Notes under the pieces: model-generated
What the model saw: only the letters and a program-made list of their open reading frames with translations
Database searches by the model: none
Told to the model about the DNA's origin: nothing
Position numbers and translations under genes: made by a program
Source: an uncultured bacterium
GTDB taxonomy: Bacteria > CSSED10-310 > CAZUFC01
Assembly: GCA_964619725.1 (NCBI GenBank)
Contig: CAZUFC010000068.1
Coordinates: 1 to 45,136, forward strand
Direction: 5' to 3'
DNA: 45,136 bases
Shown: in pieces, positions 21,005 to 30,064 of the stretch
Position numbering within the stretch: the stretch's first letter is position 1
Layout of the letters: the number at the start of each line of letters is the position of its first letter

Positions 21005-21367
21005 TTATTCCTCGACCGCTTTGCTGAATTTCATGCTCCCATTTATATACAAATCAATGACGAAAGTTTCGCCGTCGTCCACGTGAAACCAGTCCGGCCC
21101 CCATTCATATTCCGCATCCGCTGCTATCGAATAAAACTTGTGGCGTCCGTCATAATACTTGCTCCTGGTCCTCATTTCACTCCACGGCGCTACCGTCCCC
21201 ACGTAATCGTCATCAATATAATTCTCCACGTAAGCGCCCGTATGGTTGACATATACTATTTTTTCCGTCTCATTCCAATCATCATCCGGATCGATTATCA
21301 AACAGCCGGATGAAAAAAGTAACGGCAGTAAAATTAAAACCGCTAACGCTGAACGTCTTTTATTCAT
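21005..21367 (-). CDS. Small hypothetical lipoprotein (beta-rich)
   Basis: ATG 21367 after GGAGGAG; MNKRRSALAVLILLPLLFSSG-C lipobox; own promoter and terminator. Confidence 0.8.
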   Translation of the reverse strand: MNKRRSALAVLILLPLLFSSGCLIIDPDDDWNETEKIVYVNHTGAYVENYIDDDYVGTVAPWSEMRTRSKYYDGRHKFYSIAADAEYEWGPDWFHVDDGETFVIDLYINGSMKFSKAVEE

Positions 21368-21445
21368 TATGACTCCTCCTTTTTCATTCATAACCAGATC
21401 AAATGCAGGAATGTTTCCCTGTCGAATCATCCCGGATAGAATTGA

Positions 21446-21461
21446 AGCAAAACCTGTGCCA
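21446..21461 (-). promoter_or_regulatory. sigma54 (-24/-12) promoter
   Basis: TGGCAC-AGGTT-TTGCT, exact consensus, about 80 nt upstream of ATG 21367. Confidence 0.8.
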
Positions 21462-21663
21462 GAAATATAAAAGGACGCAGCGGTTGAAATTCAATTGCTG
21501 CAACCTGCGATCAGTTCCGATCTTCGGCGAATCGTGTGCTTGACAGGAGACATATGTTACATTTTTTCACGTTGAGGCTTCGAATCCGCCGCAGTTCTCA
21601 CCGCAGCGTCGTCTCTCCCTGAAAAATGCATCCCCTGTGCTCCTGCGCCGTCTCTTGCACCTG

Positions 21664-22068
21664 TCATGAATAAGCATCTTTTTCAGCTTGACGAATTTCC
21701 GCTTCATTCATGCCGAAATAATGGCCTATCTCATGAATGAGGACTCTTCTGACGATTGCTTTCAGATGTCCGGCGTTACGCGCTGCGGACAGGATGGGAA
21801 TTCTGAAAAGGACCACGGAATCGGGAGCCACATTGCCGTAAAAAGGGCCCCTGTGTTTAAAAGAAACGCCTCGATATAAGCCCAGAAGAGTACCGGGCGG
21901 CCTGACTCCCGTTTTTCTTAAATCTTCCGGAGTGGGCTGGTCTTCAACGAAGACAGACAAATTGTCGATTTTTGTTTTAAAATAATCGGGAAGCCCCTCC
22001 CATTCTTCTTTAACCATTTTTTCAAAATCGTCCATACTCAAATTCATGCAACGGGGCAATCGTCTCAT
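21664..22068 (-). CDS. Zincin-like minimal metallopeptidase (Zincin_1/DUF1025)
   Basis: LLGLYRGV, PDSVVLFRIPI, VLIHEIGHYFG. Confidence 0.9.
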   Translation of the reverse strand: MRRLPRCMNLSMDDFEKMVKEEWEGLPDYFKTKIDNLSVFVEDQPTPEDLRKTGVRPPGTLLGLYRGVSFKHRGPFYGNVAPDSVVLFRIPILSAARNAGHLKAIVRRVLIHEIGHYFGMNEAEIRQAEKDAYS

Positions 22069-22219
22069 AATACCTGATCATTTCCTTTCCAGAATGAAAT
22101 ACGATCGCGATCAATCGGGATCGAATCAGTATCAATATTAAAAAAGCTTCCATAAATGTCAAATTTCGGGATGAGCGCCGGTATTGATGACTTAAACTGA
22201 AAAGTGCAGGAAACGTCGA

Positions 22220-22855
22220 TTATTCCCAGTTGTCCTGGAGTATCGCCTTCCACATGTGCATTCGGACAGCCTTATGGGGATTACATCCGTTTAATGCCTC
22301 GCAGAACTTCCGGTTCAACCTGACCAGCATGGCGTTCAACTCATCAAGATTCAACAGGTCAACTTCCGGCAATCCCTTTATTGGAAGATTTCGAAAGTTA
22401 TATTTGCAGGCATCGACATAGAATTCGCCGTCATCATTTATTTGAACTTTGACGGGCCAGCCGTGAGTTCTACAAATCAGCGGACGGTTCTGATATATAA
22501 TGCATCTGTGATTATATAAAAAGGGACATTCGGCCTGGGCCGCCTCAGCGTCCGACATGCAACTGTAAACCAGCGCCTTGCTTTCCACCATGAGGCGTTC
22601 GGAGAGCGCCAGTTTCTCAAAGCCCTGCCGGATATGATAACCTTCAATAATGAATACCGTAAATTCATGCGAACAGCATTCATCGCAGCCGGGTTTGCAA
22701 TTAACGGCCGCTCCGTATTTTTTCTTCATCAAAGAAAGGCTGTGGTCCACAGCCCCGATCAGCTTCAAATAAGTTTGATATATTCGTTTCTCGTTCTTCA
22801 TTCCGCCCATGATAACATCATGATCATAAAAAATCCCAAGCCTCCGATCCGTCAC
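22220..22855 (-). CDS. YkgJ-family CxxCxxCC cysteine-cluster protein
   Basis: CKPGCDECC, CPFL, CIIYQNRPLICRTHG; true start may be near 22810. Confidence 0.88.
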   Translation of the reverse strand: MTDRRLGIFYDHDVIMGGMKNEKRIYQTYLKLIGAVDHSLSLMKKKYGAAVNCKPGCDECCSHEFTVFIIEGYHIRQGFEKLALSERLMVESKALVYSCMSDAEAAQAECPFLYNHRCIIYQNRPLICRTHGWPVKVQINDDGEFYVDACKYNFRNLPIKGLPEVDLLNLDELNAMLVRLNRKFCEALNGCNPHKAVRMHMWKAILQDNWE

Positions 22856-23039
22856 TCATTGTAATTGTAATGAAAGATCGACAAATATCAAGACGACGCG
22901 CAATAAACATCATCCAATGAAATTCATTAATTACAGGCAATTAAATAGATATATTTTTATTTTCCCTTTTACTCGACCGTGATTCATCATGCCGTCTCTT
23001 CAACCTTGAATGTTTTATTTCAGGAGATCAGAAGCATTT

Positions 23040-25430
23040 TCACGGCATGTTGAGACCATGAATCGAAATAAGATCGATGTAATCGATTTCAATATCTCCG
23101 TTTCCGTAGTGGAAGACCCTGAATTCAATTCCACCTTTTCCGTCATGCCGGAAGGGCAACAGTATATCATTGTATTTTTTAACTTTAATTTGTCCGTTAC
23201 GTAAATGTTCAACCAGGACATCTTTTTGATTAAGGACAAGGGCGCCGCGTTTTTCGACCGCTTCGATACAGGTTATGGGAATATCGTCATCCAGGTCTTT
23301 CGAGCAGGACATCTTAATATTGCAAACGGCCTGGAAGTTACCCGGCGGTAAGGCTATGTAAGGTCCGAAAATCAAGTAATTCGGTTCATCAATCGCTTCA
23401 GCGGACATGATCGCCCCGCCTGAAGCCTCGCTGCGTTCGGCAATTCGCCCTGTGTTGCCCGGGAGTTCTTCAGCTTCAATTCGCAATGCCTCGTTTTTGC
23501 GGAAATGATATTGAGGAGCGGGAGATCGACGAAATCGGCGCTGTTCGGAAAAAGGTCCTCTTTTATTTCCTGGTCCTGCAGCAGCGACCGACCAGCAGTA
23601 AATTCCGGGCGATATACTGTCCCAGGCAGCTTGACCGATTATGCGATCGAGGTTCGTATCGTTTATTTGCAGTTCGTTGATTTCCTCCTTTGAAAACAGG
23701 GAACGGAATCTGACGATGTAATTTTCAGCGCCGTCGACAGGCTTCCATTCGAATCTAAGACGGCGACGACTGATTGAATTGTCCGCAGGAGAAATTATTC
23801 CCGGGGGGCCGAAATTGCCGTCAGCGTTCTCCCGAACAGATAAATTCTGATCCGCCGGAAGCGCTTCATTCATACCGTTCTGGAGATATCCAAGGGCCTG
23901 AAGCATTTCTCTGTGGGGTTTATCGACTGTATGACCGGTTTCCGTCTGAACATCAGCTTCGATTCTATTTTTTATGAATTCAATTAGTTTTTTTGCTTCT
24001 TCCGATTCATCCGGAGATTCAGGATTCGATTCGGACGGATCATCAGAAAGATCGTATGCGAAAATTCGATGCTCATTCCACCAGTATCCTTCCTCAACAG
24101 GAGAATAACAGGCTTTCAGAAGATTATTGACTGCGCACCGGAGTCTTTGCGCTGGTTCAATCTGATCGGGACCTATCTCGATATAAAGAGGCCGCATTTC
24201 TTCAGTTTTATCTTCTGCTCCGGGATGAATATTGAATCCGTCGAGATCGAGCTCCTCGTCTATATTCAGCATTTCTAAAATTGTAGGCATAATGTCGACC
24301 AGGCTGACCGCCCGCTCGATCAGCGTGCAATCAGAATCTATGCCGGGACGCCATATCAACAGGGGGACCCTTACGGAAGCTTCCGACAATCTCCAGGAAT
24401 GATCGAAAAACAGGTCTTCTTCTCCGAAGCATTCTCCGTGATCGGCCGTTAAAATGATGACGCTTTTTTCCAGAAGTTCTAGTTCGGCCAACCGGTAGAA
24501 AAATTTTTCCAGGCAACGGTCGGAATATGATATTTCACCAAGATACATTGACTGATAGTAGGTAAGGTCTGTAATGGATTTATCTTTGATGATCGAGGGA
24601 ATGGAACCCCGGTCGATGTTAATGGGGAATTTTTTCGTTCGGGAAGATTGGGAGTAATGCATTTCATCATATGGCGACGGGGGAGCGTATGGCGCATGCG
24701 GATCGAAAAGATGAAGCCAGAGGAAGAAATTATTTTCAGGTTCTCCGGATATCCATTCCAGTGCATTGCTGACGGTTTCTCCGGCAGCTCTTTGCCATCC
24801 GAAACCCGTATCATCCGTTACGTCGAATCCTTCCGCAAGCCCTGAACTCGAAGCCAACCCCCGTAAACTTAAAAAAGCCCCGGTCCTGAAACCTCGCTTT
24901 TTCAATATTGGAGCTAGCAGCGGAAAGTCCCGGCCCTCAAGGAGGCGACCGGCGTTAGAGCGCAGGCCGTGGCGATCAGGCGCCAGCCCCGTCAACATGG
25001 AGGCATGCGATGGAAAGGTGCAGGGAATCGGGCAGTAAGCATTGATGAACTGCATTCCCTTCCTGGCCGGCATATCCATGAACCGGGTTTTAGTCTCCCC
25101 GGAACCGTAGCAGCCTACTTTGTCGGCCCTTAAAGTATCCACGCTTATCAAAACAACGTTGGACGGCGGCTCTGTTCCGCCGCAACACAGCAAAAAACCG
25201 ATTAATACAATAATCAACAACGCAAAACATGTCAGGACCCACGAAGTCGAAAAAAGAGGCATGATGCCCTGTTTTCCGCCCCAGAAGTCGCCGGAAAACA
25301 AAAATCCTGCTGTTCGCAAACCTCTTTTAATAACTCTTTTCAACCCGTTCCTTTCTATTTTCCTAATTATTCTCCAGGCAGCGCCTTTGAAATTATTTCT
25401 CACAGGACCGTTTCTTGACGGCTGATTCAA
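23040..25430 (-). CDS. Sulfatase/alkaline-phosphatase superfamily enzyme with FN3-like and CBM-like C-terminal domains
   Basis: NVVLISVDTLRAD, TFPSHASMLTG, HLFDPHAPY, TADHGE, VPLL, VDIMPTIL; likely start ATG 25262. Confidence 0.85.
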   Translation of the reverse strand: MNQPSRNGPVRNNFKGAAWRIIRKIERNGLKRVIKRGLRTAGFLFSGDFWGGKQGIMPLFSTSWVLTCFALLIIVLIGFLLCCGGTEPPSNVVLISVDTLRADKVGCYGSGETKTRFMDMPARKGMQFINAYCPIPCTFPSHASMLTGLAPDRHGLRSNAGRLLEGRDFPLLAPILKKRGFRTGAFLSLRGLASSSGLAEGFDVTDDTGFGWQRAAGETVSNALEWISGEPENNFFLWLHLFDPHAPYAPPSPYDEMHYSQSSRTKKFPINIDRGSIPSIIKDKSITDLTYYQSMYLGEISYSDRCLEKFFYRLAELELLEKSVIILTADHGECFGEEDLFFDHSWRLSEASVRVPLLIWRPGIDSDCTLIERAVSLVDIMPTILEMLNIDEELDLDGFNIHPGAEDKTEEMRPLYIEIGPDQIEPAQRLRCAVNNLLKACYSPVEEGYWWNEHRIFAYDLSDDPSESNPESPDESEEAKKLIEFIKNRIEADVQTETGHTVDKPHREMLQALGYLQNGMNEALPADQNLSVRENADGNFGPPGIISPADNSISRRRLRFEWKPVDGAENYIVRFRSLFSKEEINELQINDTNLDRIIGQAAWDSISPGIYCWSVAAAGPGNKRGPFSEQRRFRRSPAPQYHFRKNEALRIEAEELPGNTGRIAERSEASGGAIMSAEAIDEPNYLIFGPYIALPPGNFQAVCNIKMSCSKDLDDDIPITCIEAVEKRGALVLNQKDVLVEHLRNGQIKVKKYNDILLPFRHDGKGGIEFRVFHYGNGDIEIDYIDLISIHGLNMP

Positions 25431-25585
25431 ACAAAGACAATATTATTGAGCGCCAATTCACTGTCGGTGTCAAGTTTTAAGGGTCCGGGTTAATTCAAGG
25501 TAATGGGATGTACCGGATTAGTTTTGCGGGTTCGCTCTGATCATCTGATGAAATCCCCTCTCCAGGTCTACTTTCAGCTCCTTTC

Positions 25586-25613
25586 TTGACTATTGCGGCG
25601 CTATTCTTATAAT
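25586..25613 (+). promoter_or_regulatory. sigma70 promoter of the VWA gene
   Basis: TTGACT-16 nt-TATAAT. Confidence 0.65.
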
Positions 25614-25704
25614 CAGTAATGCCGTTTGATTCTAAACGGTTCAGCCCGCCGTTGTTTATTTCATTTAAAAAATTAACATTAAAAAGCAAGAAAGGAACAG
25701 AAAG

Positions 25705-27156
25705 ATGAATCGGTTTCAATGTGTGTTGGCGTTTTTGGCATTAGGGCTGATGTTTCAAGGTTTATCAGCGATTCAAGCGGAAGAATTTCCTGAAATTATG
25801 TTTATTCTGGATGCGTCCGGAAGCATGTGGGGAACGGCGGGCGGAGAAACCAAAATAGAAGCGGCCAGGAGGGTTTTCGACAGAATCGTACCCGAATTGC
25901 CGGCAGAGGTTAACTTGGGATTAACAGCGTACGGCCACAGAAGAAAAGGCGATTGCAGCGATATTGAAACCATCGTTTCCTGCGGCGCTGCAGAGAGAAA
26001 CATGTTATTGGATGAGGTGAGCAAACTGAATCCCAAAGGAATGACGCCGATTGCCGATGCGGTGAAATCAGTGACCGATGTTTTGAAAACAAAAGAAAAT
26101 GAAACCACCATCATCCTGGTGAGCGACGGAGAAGAAACCTGTCACGCAGACCCATGCGGAGTCGTCCGCTCGCTGAAATCTTCAGGCATAAAATTTATCC
26201 TTCATGTCGTGGGATTCGACGTCGATCATGTCCAGAAAGAACAACTGTCATGCCTGGCTGACGCAGGCGGCGGCGAATACTACGGAGCCGAAGATGCCGA
26301 ATCGCTGTTGATCGCGCTGGAATCGGTGAAAAGCGAAGTCGAAAAACAGGTCGAAAAAGCGAAAACAGTGAAAAAAAGCGTTACGACAAAAATAGGCAAA
26401 TTGCGATTATCTTTTCCTTTCGGAAGCGACATAAGCATCAATGAAATAAAAGTCATCAGAACTTCCGACAATAAAACAGTCAAAACGGTTGAAGACCCCG
26501 GCGCCGAATCTTTGCATCCCCTGCTTTCAGGCGAATATGAACTGCTCGTTGGATTTGCGAATCCGAATTATAAACCACCCACCGAAGTTTCCTTCGGGAC
26601 ATTTGAAATCAACGGCGGAGAAACGACAGATGTCGAAAACGGCGTTGTATCGTTCAACGTCGCCGAGTCATTGAATGAAATGTCCATAGCTGCAGTTACG
26701 GTCGCATCCGATATGCCTGACGGAGTTTCCGTCACTCTGGAATATCATGGAAACGATTATTACCTTTTTAAACCCAAACCCGTTCCGGCAGGGACCTATC
26801 ATTTCAGCATACTCTACAACCGCAGTCCGGAAGAAACGATCATAGCGGATAATATTCAAGTAAAAGCAGGAGAACAAAACGTCATTACCCTGGATTCAGG
26901 CATTATCCTGGTGCAACCCTCTGATGCCCTGGGCAGCGTCTCCGGCTGGAACCTCATACCGGCAGGCAACGAAAAACCGATACTCCAGGTCAGAAGACGT
27001 TGGGACAACCAGGAACCGCTCTGGAGACCGTTCGCTGTCCCCGAAGGAACTTATGATCTCCTTCTCATCTTAAAAGGAATGGATGAACCCCTGCCCGTCG
27101 GCGAAGGTATAGTCATTTCTGCAGGCGAATTGGCGGAGTTTGATTCGGGTTTCTGA
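25705..27156 (+). CDS. Secreted VWA-domain protein with beta-sandwich C-terminal repeats
   Basis: Signal peptide; MIDAS ILDASGSM, GMTPI, LVSDG, HVVGF; repeated GxY modules. Confidence 0.9.
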   Translation: MNRFQCVLAFLALGLMFQGLSAIQAEEFPEIMFILDASGSMWGTAGGETKIEAARRVFDRIVPELPAEVNLGLTAYGHRRKGDCSDIETIVSCGAAERNMLLDEVSKLNPKGMTPIADAVKSVTDVLKTKENETTIILVSDGEETCHADPCGVVRSLKSSGIKFILHVVGFDVDHVQKEQLSCLADAGGGEYYGAEDAESLLIALESVKSEVEKQVEKAKTVKKSVTTKIGKLRLSFPFGSDISINEIKVIRTSDNKTVKTVEDPGAESLHPLLSGEYELLVGFANPNYKPPTEVSFGTFEINGGETTDVENGVVSFNVAESLNEMSIAAVTVASDMPDGVSVTLEYHGNDYYLFKPKPVPAGTYHFSILYNRSPEETIIADNIQVKAGEQNVITLDSGIILVQPSDALGSVSGWNLIPAGNEKPILQVRRRWDNQEPLWRPFAVPEGTYDLLLILKGMDEPLPVGEGIVISAGELAEFDSGF

Positions 27157-27173
27157 GCGCTTGGGTTCTTTGA

Positions 27174-27215
27174 ACCTCACCCCCCGGCCCCCTCTCCATG
27201 AATGGAGAGGGGGAG
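27174..27215 (+). repeat. REP-like hairpin (CCTCACCCC...CTCTCC/GGAGAGGG type)
   Basis: ACCTCACCCCCCGG then 11-bp stem CCCCCTCTCCA-TGAA-TGGAGAGGGGG; single copy in the window. Confidence 0.7.
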
Positions 27216-27402
27216 TAAGATTGGGTTATTTTTTGGCGGGTTAGGGGGTTTAGTTTGGTTTTTTTAACGGGGATTTCAATCAGTCAAAGCTTTTATGAAA
27301 AAATGCAGCCCCGGTAAGATCAGTTCAAAATTTTCGTTTCTTCCTAAGACGGTTAATGTTCAGACGACGGTTTCTGTGTATAGAAATGATTTCATATTCC
27401 AG

Positions 27403-27446
27403 TTGTCCCTTCTGTCCTTTAGGTCCCTTAGGTCCCTTTGTCCTCT
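27403..27446 (-). repeat. 9-nt tandem array (AAGGGACNN on minus strand), about 5 units
   Basis: ttgtccctt ctgtccttt aggtccctt aggtccctt tgtcctct. Confidence 0.75.
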
Positions 27447-27549
27447 CATTAAAGCCCCTGCCCGAATTCAATCACATAGTAATCGCCCCTGGTATAGTTC
27501 ACTTATTCGTTCAGCATGGCGGTGATCAGATATCCGTGTTTTGACGTTA

Positions 27550-27667
27550 CATTTTTAGGGACTGATCAAACCGGGGATACGCTTCTTTCAAGACTTTTGA
27601 CAGTTTGTTTCGATAATCGTGCGTCGGGATCGGGATCGAAATCCTGATCCACATCGAAACAAAATGA
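27550..27667 (-). repeat. Repeat family A (TCATTTT head, NNCGAT hexamers, conserved tail)
   Basis: Reverse complement reads tcattttgtttcgat...cccgatcccgac...acaaactgtcaaaagtcttgaaagaa...ccggtttgatcagtccctaaaaatg. Confidence 0.9.
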
Positions 27668-27886
27668 TGAGAAATTCGGGCAGTACGCAATCTGCAAAGG
27701 GCCGTGAGATATAATATTTTCAATACGCGTTTATGGTTCCATAAGAAGAAAAACAACCCCTGATAATGCTGGACAGTCACACTTTAATCTTTCACAACTG
27801 TTTGCAAATAATTTTTCAATAATATTGGCAAATCGAACGAAAATGAGTTATATTCAAATCGGCAACAATTTTGAGGGAGGTAAAAA

Positions 27887-29638
27887 ATGAAGTGCAGGCA
27901 AATATTTTTTGTCGCCTTTTTCTTTCTTTTTTTTCAGATAGCGGTCGATTCGGCATTGGGAGATGCCCAGAAGCCGGATTGGGCCATCGGCAACAGTTAC
28001 ACTTTTAATCTTAACATAGAAGCTTCTGCGGTATTTGACGGCGGGAGTATCGATCTGACGTGCTGGTCGGACAGCATACCATATTCAGTAACGGGCATGG
28101 ACGTCAAAACTTTGACTCACGGCAGTCAGGCGACACATGAAGTTTATATTCTTGAATATTCGGGCGGCATATCGGCTTCGGGAACAGCGAACATAACGGA
28201 CCCCATTCAATTGAATGCACCGGTGGAACTGCGCAACGCTTCTATTGACGGCGAGGTGTGGATAAGGACGTCTGACCTGGCCACTGTCAAATACTACAGG
28301 CATATCACGGGTGAATGCTGGGTCAAGCCTTTGTTCGTTTGGCAGTATGCGGGCCCTACGGAAATATGGGAAAACGAAGAATATGATCCTCCTACTCAAG
28401 ACATCTATTTCCCGGCATCAGTCGGTGACGTCTGGACGAACTATTTGACGATTTATGCTTTCGGTCATACTTATGCGGACCTGGAAGTATTCGGCATTCC
28501 TTTTTTAATAGATGAAGATTTCGACGACAGCCAGGATTTCATGTTCGAATCAAGCACGCTTTTGCAGGAATGGATGAATTCCTGCTGGTCCTATAAGGCG
28601 TATCATGCGGATTCATTATCCGATGCGGCAGAGACTTACTGGTATTGTCCGGAATCGCTCTGGTTTTCAAAATTTTTAATTCAGAATTTAGTGATCGGCG
28701 ACAGCGGATTAAACGTTGAAGGAGTGGAAATGAACCTGGTGAATTACAGCGTAACGACGGCGACGCCTGGACCAACGGACACGCCGACACAGGCTCCAAC
28801 GTCGACGCCGACTCTGACCCCGACGCAACCGCCGACATTAACCTATACGCCCACACAGGAATCGACAGCGACAGATACGCCCACAGCGATCCTTACGGAT
28901 ACGCCGTCTGCGACGCCGACTCATACGCCAACGGGGAATCCCACAGCGACCCCGACAGAACCGCCTCCCCCAACATCAACGCCCACCTTAACCCCCACCG
29001 AACCCACGGCTCCCACATCGACTCCCACATTAACTCCAACTGAACCGCCGTTTCCTACATCCACGCCGACCAGAACACCGACGGAGATACCCACAGAATC
29101 GCCGGAACCGACTTTCAGTCCCACTTCGACTTATACGAATACGCCTCCGCCCACCAGGACGCCGACCAGGACGCCGACAGATTATCCCACTATCCAGAGC
29201 ACGCCGTCTGCCACTCCCTATATTCCCACGACTCCATCAATCACGCCGACTTATATTTTTACCATGGTCCCAACAACGACTCCTGAACCTTTCACCGGCG
29301 TTCGAATAAGACTGAACAGCACGTATTTCACTCCCGGAGATTACTTCGATCTTAAAGTTCTTCTCGGAAACGAAGGCACTACGCGAGACGTGGACCTTTA
29401 CGTACTCCTCGAAGTTTACGGCCAATTCTGGTTCTATCCCAACTGGACACAGGAGCTGGACAGTTATCCGACATACCTGAGAAGAGGATTCTCGCTGCTG
29501 GATATTCTTGCTTTTGAATGGCCTGACGTCCCGGACGCCGCCACCGGATTGCATTTTATCTCCGCGGTTACTCAGCGTAATAATTTCAATATCATTGGCG
29601 AATACGACATGATCGAATGGGGATTCGGTCCTTATTGA
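27887..29638 (+). CDS. Secreted protein: beta-rich N-domain, long Pro/Thr linker, conserved C-terminal domain
   Basis: GAGGGAGG RBS; signal peptide; about 180-aa P/T tract; C-terminal domain homologous to that at 34936-35280. Confidence 0.9.
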   Translation: MKCRQIFFVAFFFLFFQIAVDSALGDAQKPDWAIGNSYTFNLNIEASAVFDGGSIDLTCWSDSIPYSVTGMDVKTLTHGSQATHEVYILEYSGGISASGTANITDPIQLNAPVELRNASIDGEVWIRTSDLATVKYYRHITGECWVKPLFVWQYAGPTEIWENEEYDPPTQDIYFPASVGDVWTNYLTIYAFGHTYADLEVFGIPFLIDEDFDDSQDFMFESSTLLQEWMNSCWSYKAYHADSLSDAAETYWYCPESLWFSKFLIQNLVIGDSGLNVEGVEMNLVNYSVTTATPGPTDTPTQAPTSTPTLTPTQPPTLTYTPTQESTATDTPTAILTDTPSATPTHTPTGNPTATPTEPPPPTSTPTLTPTEPTAPTSTPTLTPTEPPFPTSTPTRTPTEIPTESPEPTFSPTSTYTNTPPPTRTPTRTPTDYPTIQSTPSATPYIPTTPSITPTYIFTMVPTTTPEPFTGVRIRLNSTYFTPGDYFDLKVLLGNEGTTRDVDLYVLLEVYGQFWFYPNWTQELDSYPTYLRRGFSLLDILAFEWPDVPDAATGLHFISAVTQRNNFNIIGEYDMIEWGFGPY

Positions 29639-30064
29639 CGCAAAAAACATACTATCCCGCTTTCTCTTATGACAAAATGATTCTCCCGTTACGAAAAGTG
29701 AATTTATAAAATCCTGAACTCCCGAAATTACGTCAGAAAAAATTGTAAATAGTCTGATGAAACTGAAACCAGACAATCGATCATAGTATTTATAAAGTAA
29801 AGCTCCTGAGGCTTCGGCATTGGGACAAGAGAGACAATTCATTATATTTAAATAAAAAAACATTAAAAATGTATTCGTTATAGTAATCGTTGTCGGGCCG
29901 TAACTCCGACCCTTGACATTAATGAATTTAATTTTTAGTCTTTCCATTGAGTTAGCGTATTTGACGTCTCCGGAGCACGTCAGCGAACGCGATGAATTGT
30001 GTGAGACGTCGCTTTTCCTGATTTGAATAAGTCCCTGGATAAAAACGGGTTACGATAAAAGGCA

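Noticed and set aside
21575-21605. TTCGAATCC resembling a tRNA T-loop
   Set aside because: No cloverleaf or acceptor stem can be built.
22065-22253. 62-aa ORF containing a weak CGAT-like tract (about 22100-22137)
   Set aside because: No protein motif; the tract lacks the family A head and tail, at most a decayed remnant.
27295-27780. Short ORFs in the repeat-rich intergenic region
   Set aside because: Their translations mirror the DNA repeats (SFRSLRSL, IPIP) and show no protein motif.
29237-29947. 236-aa minus-strand ORF
   Set aside because: Overlaps the well-supported 27887 gene antisense; no recognisable motif.
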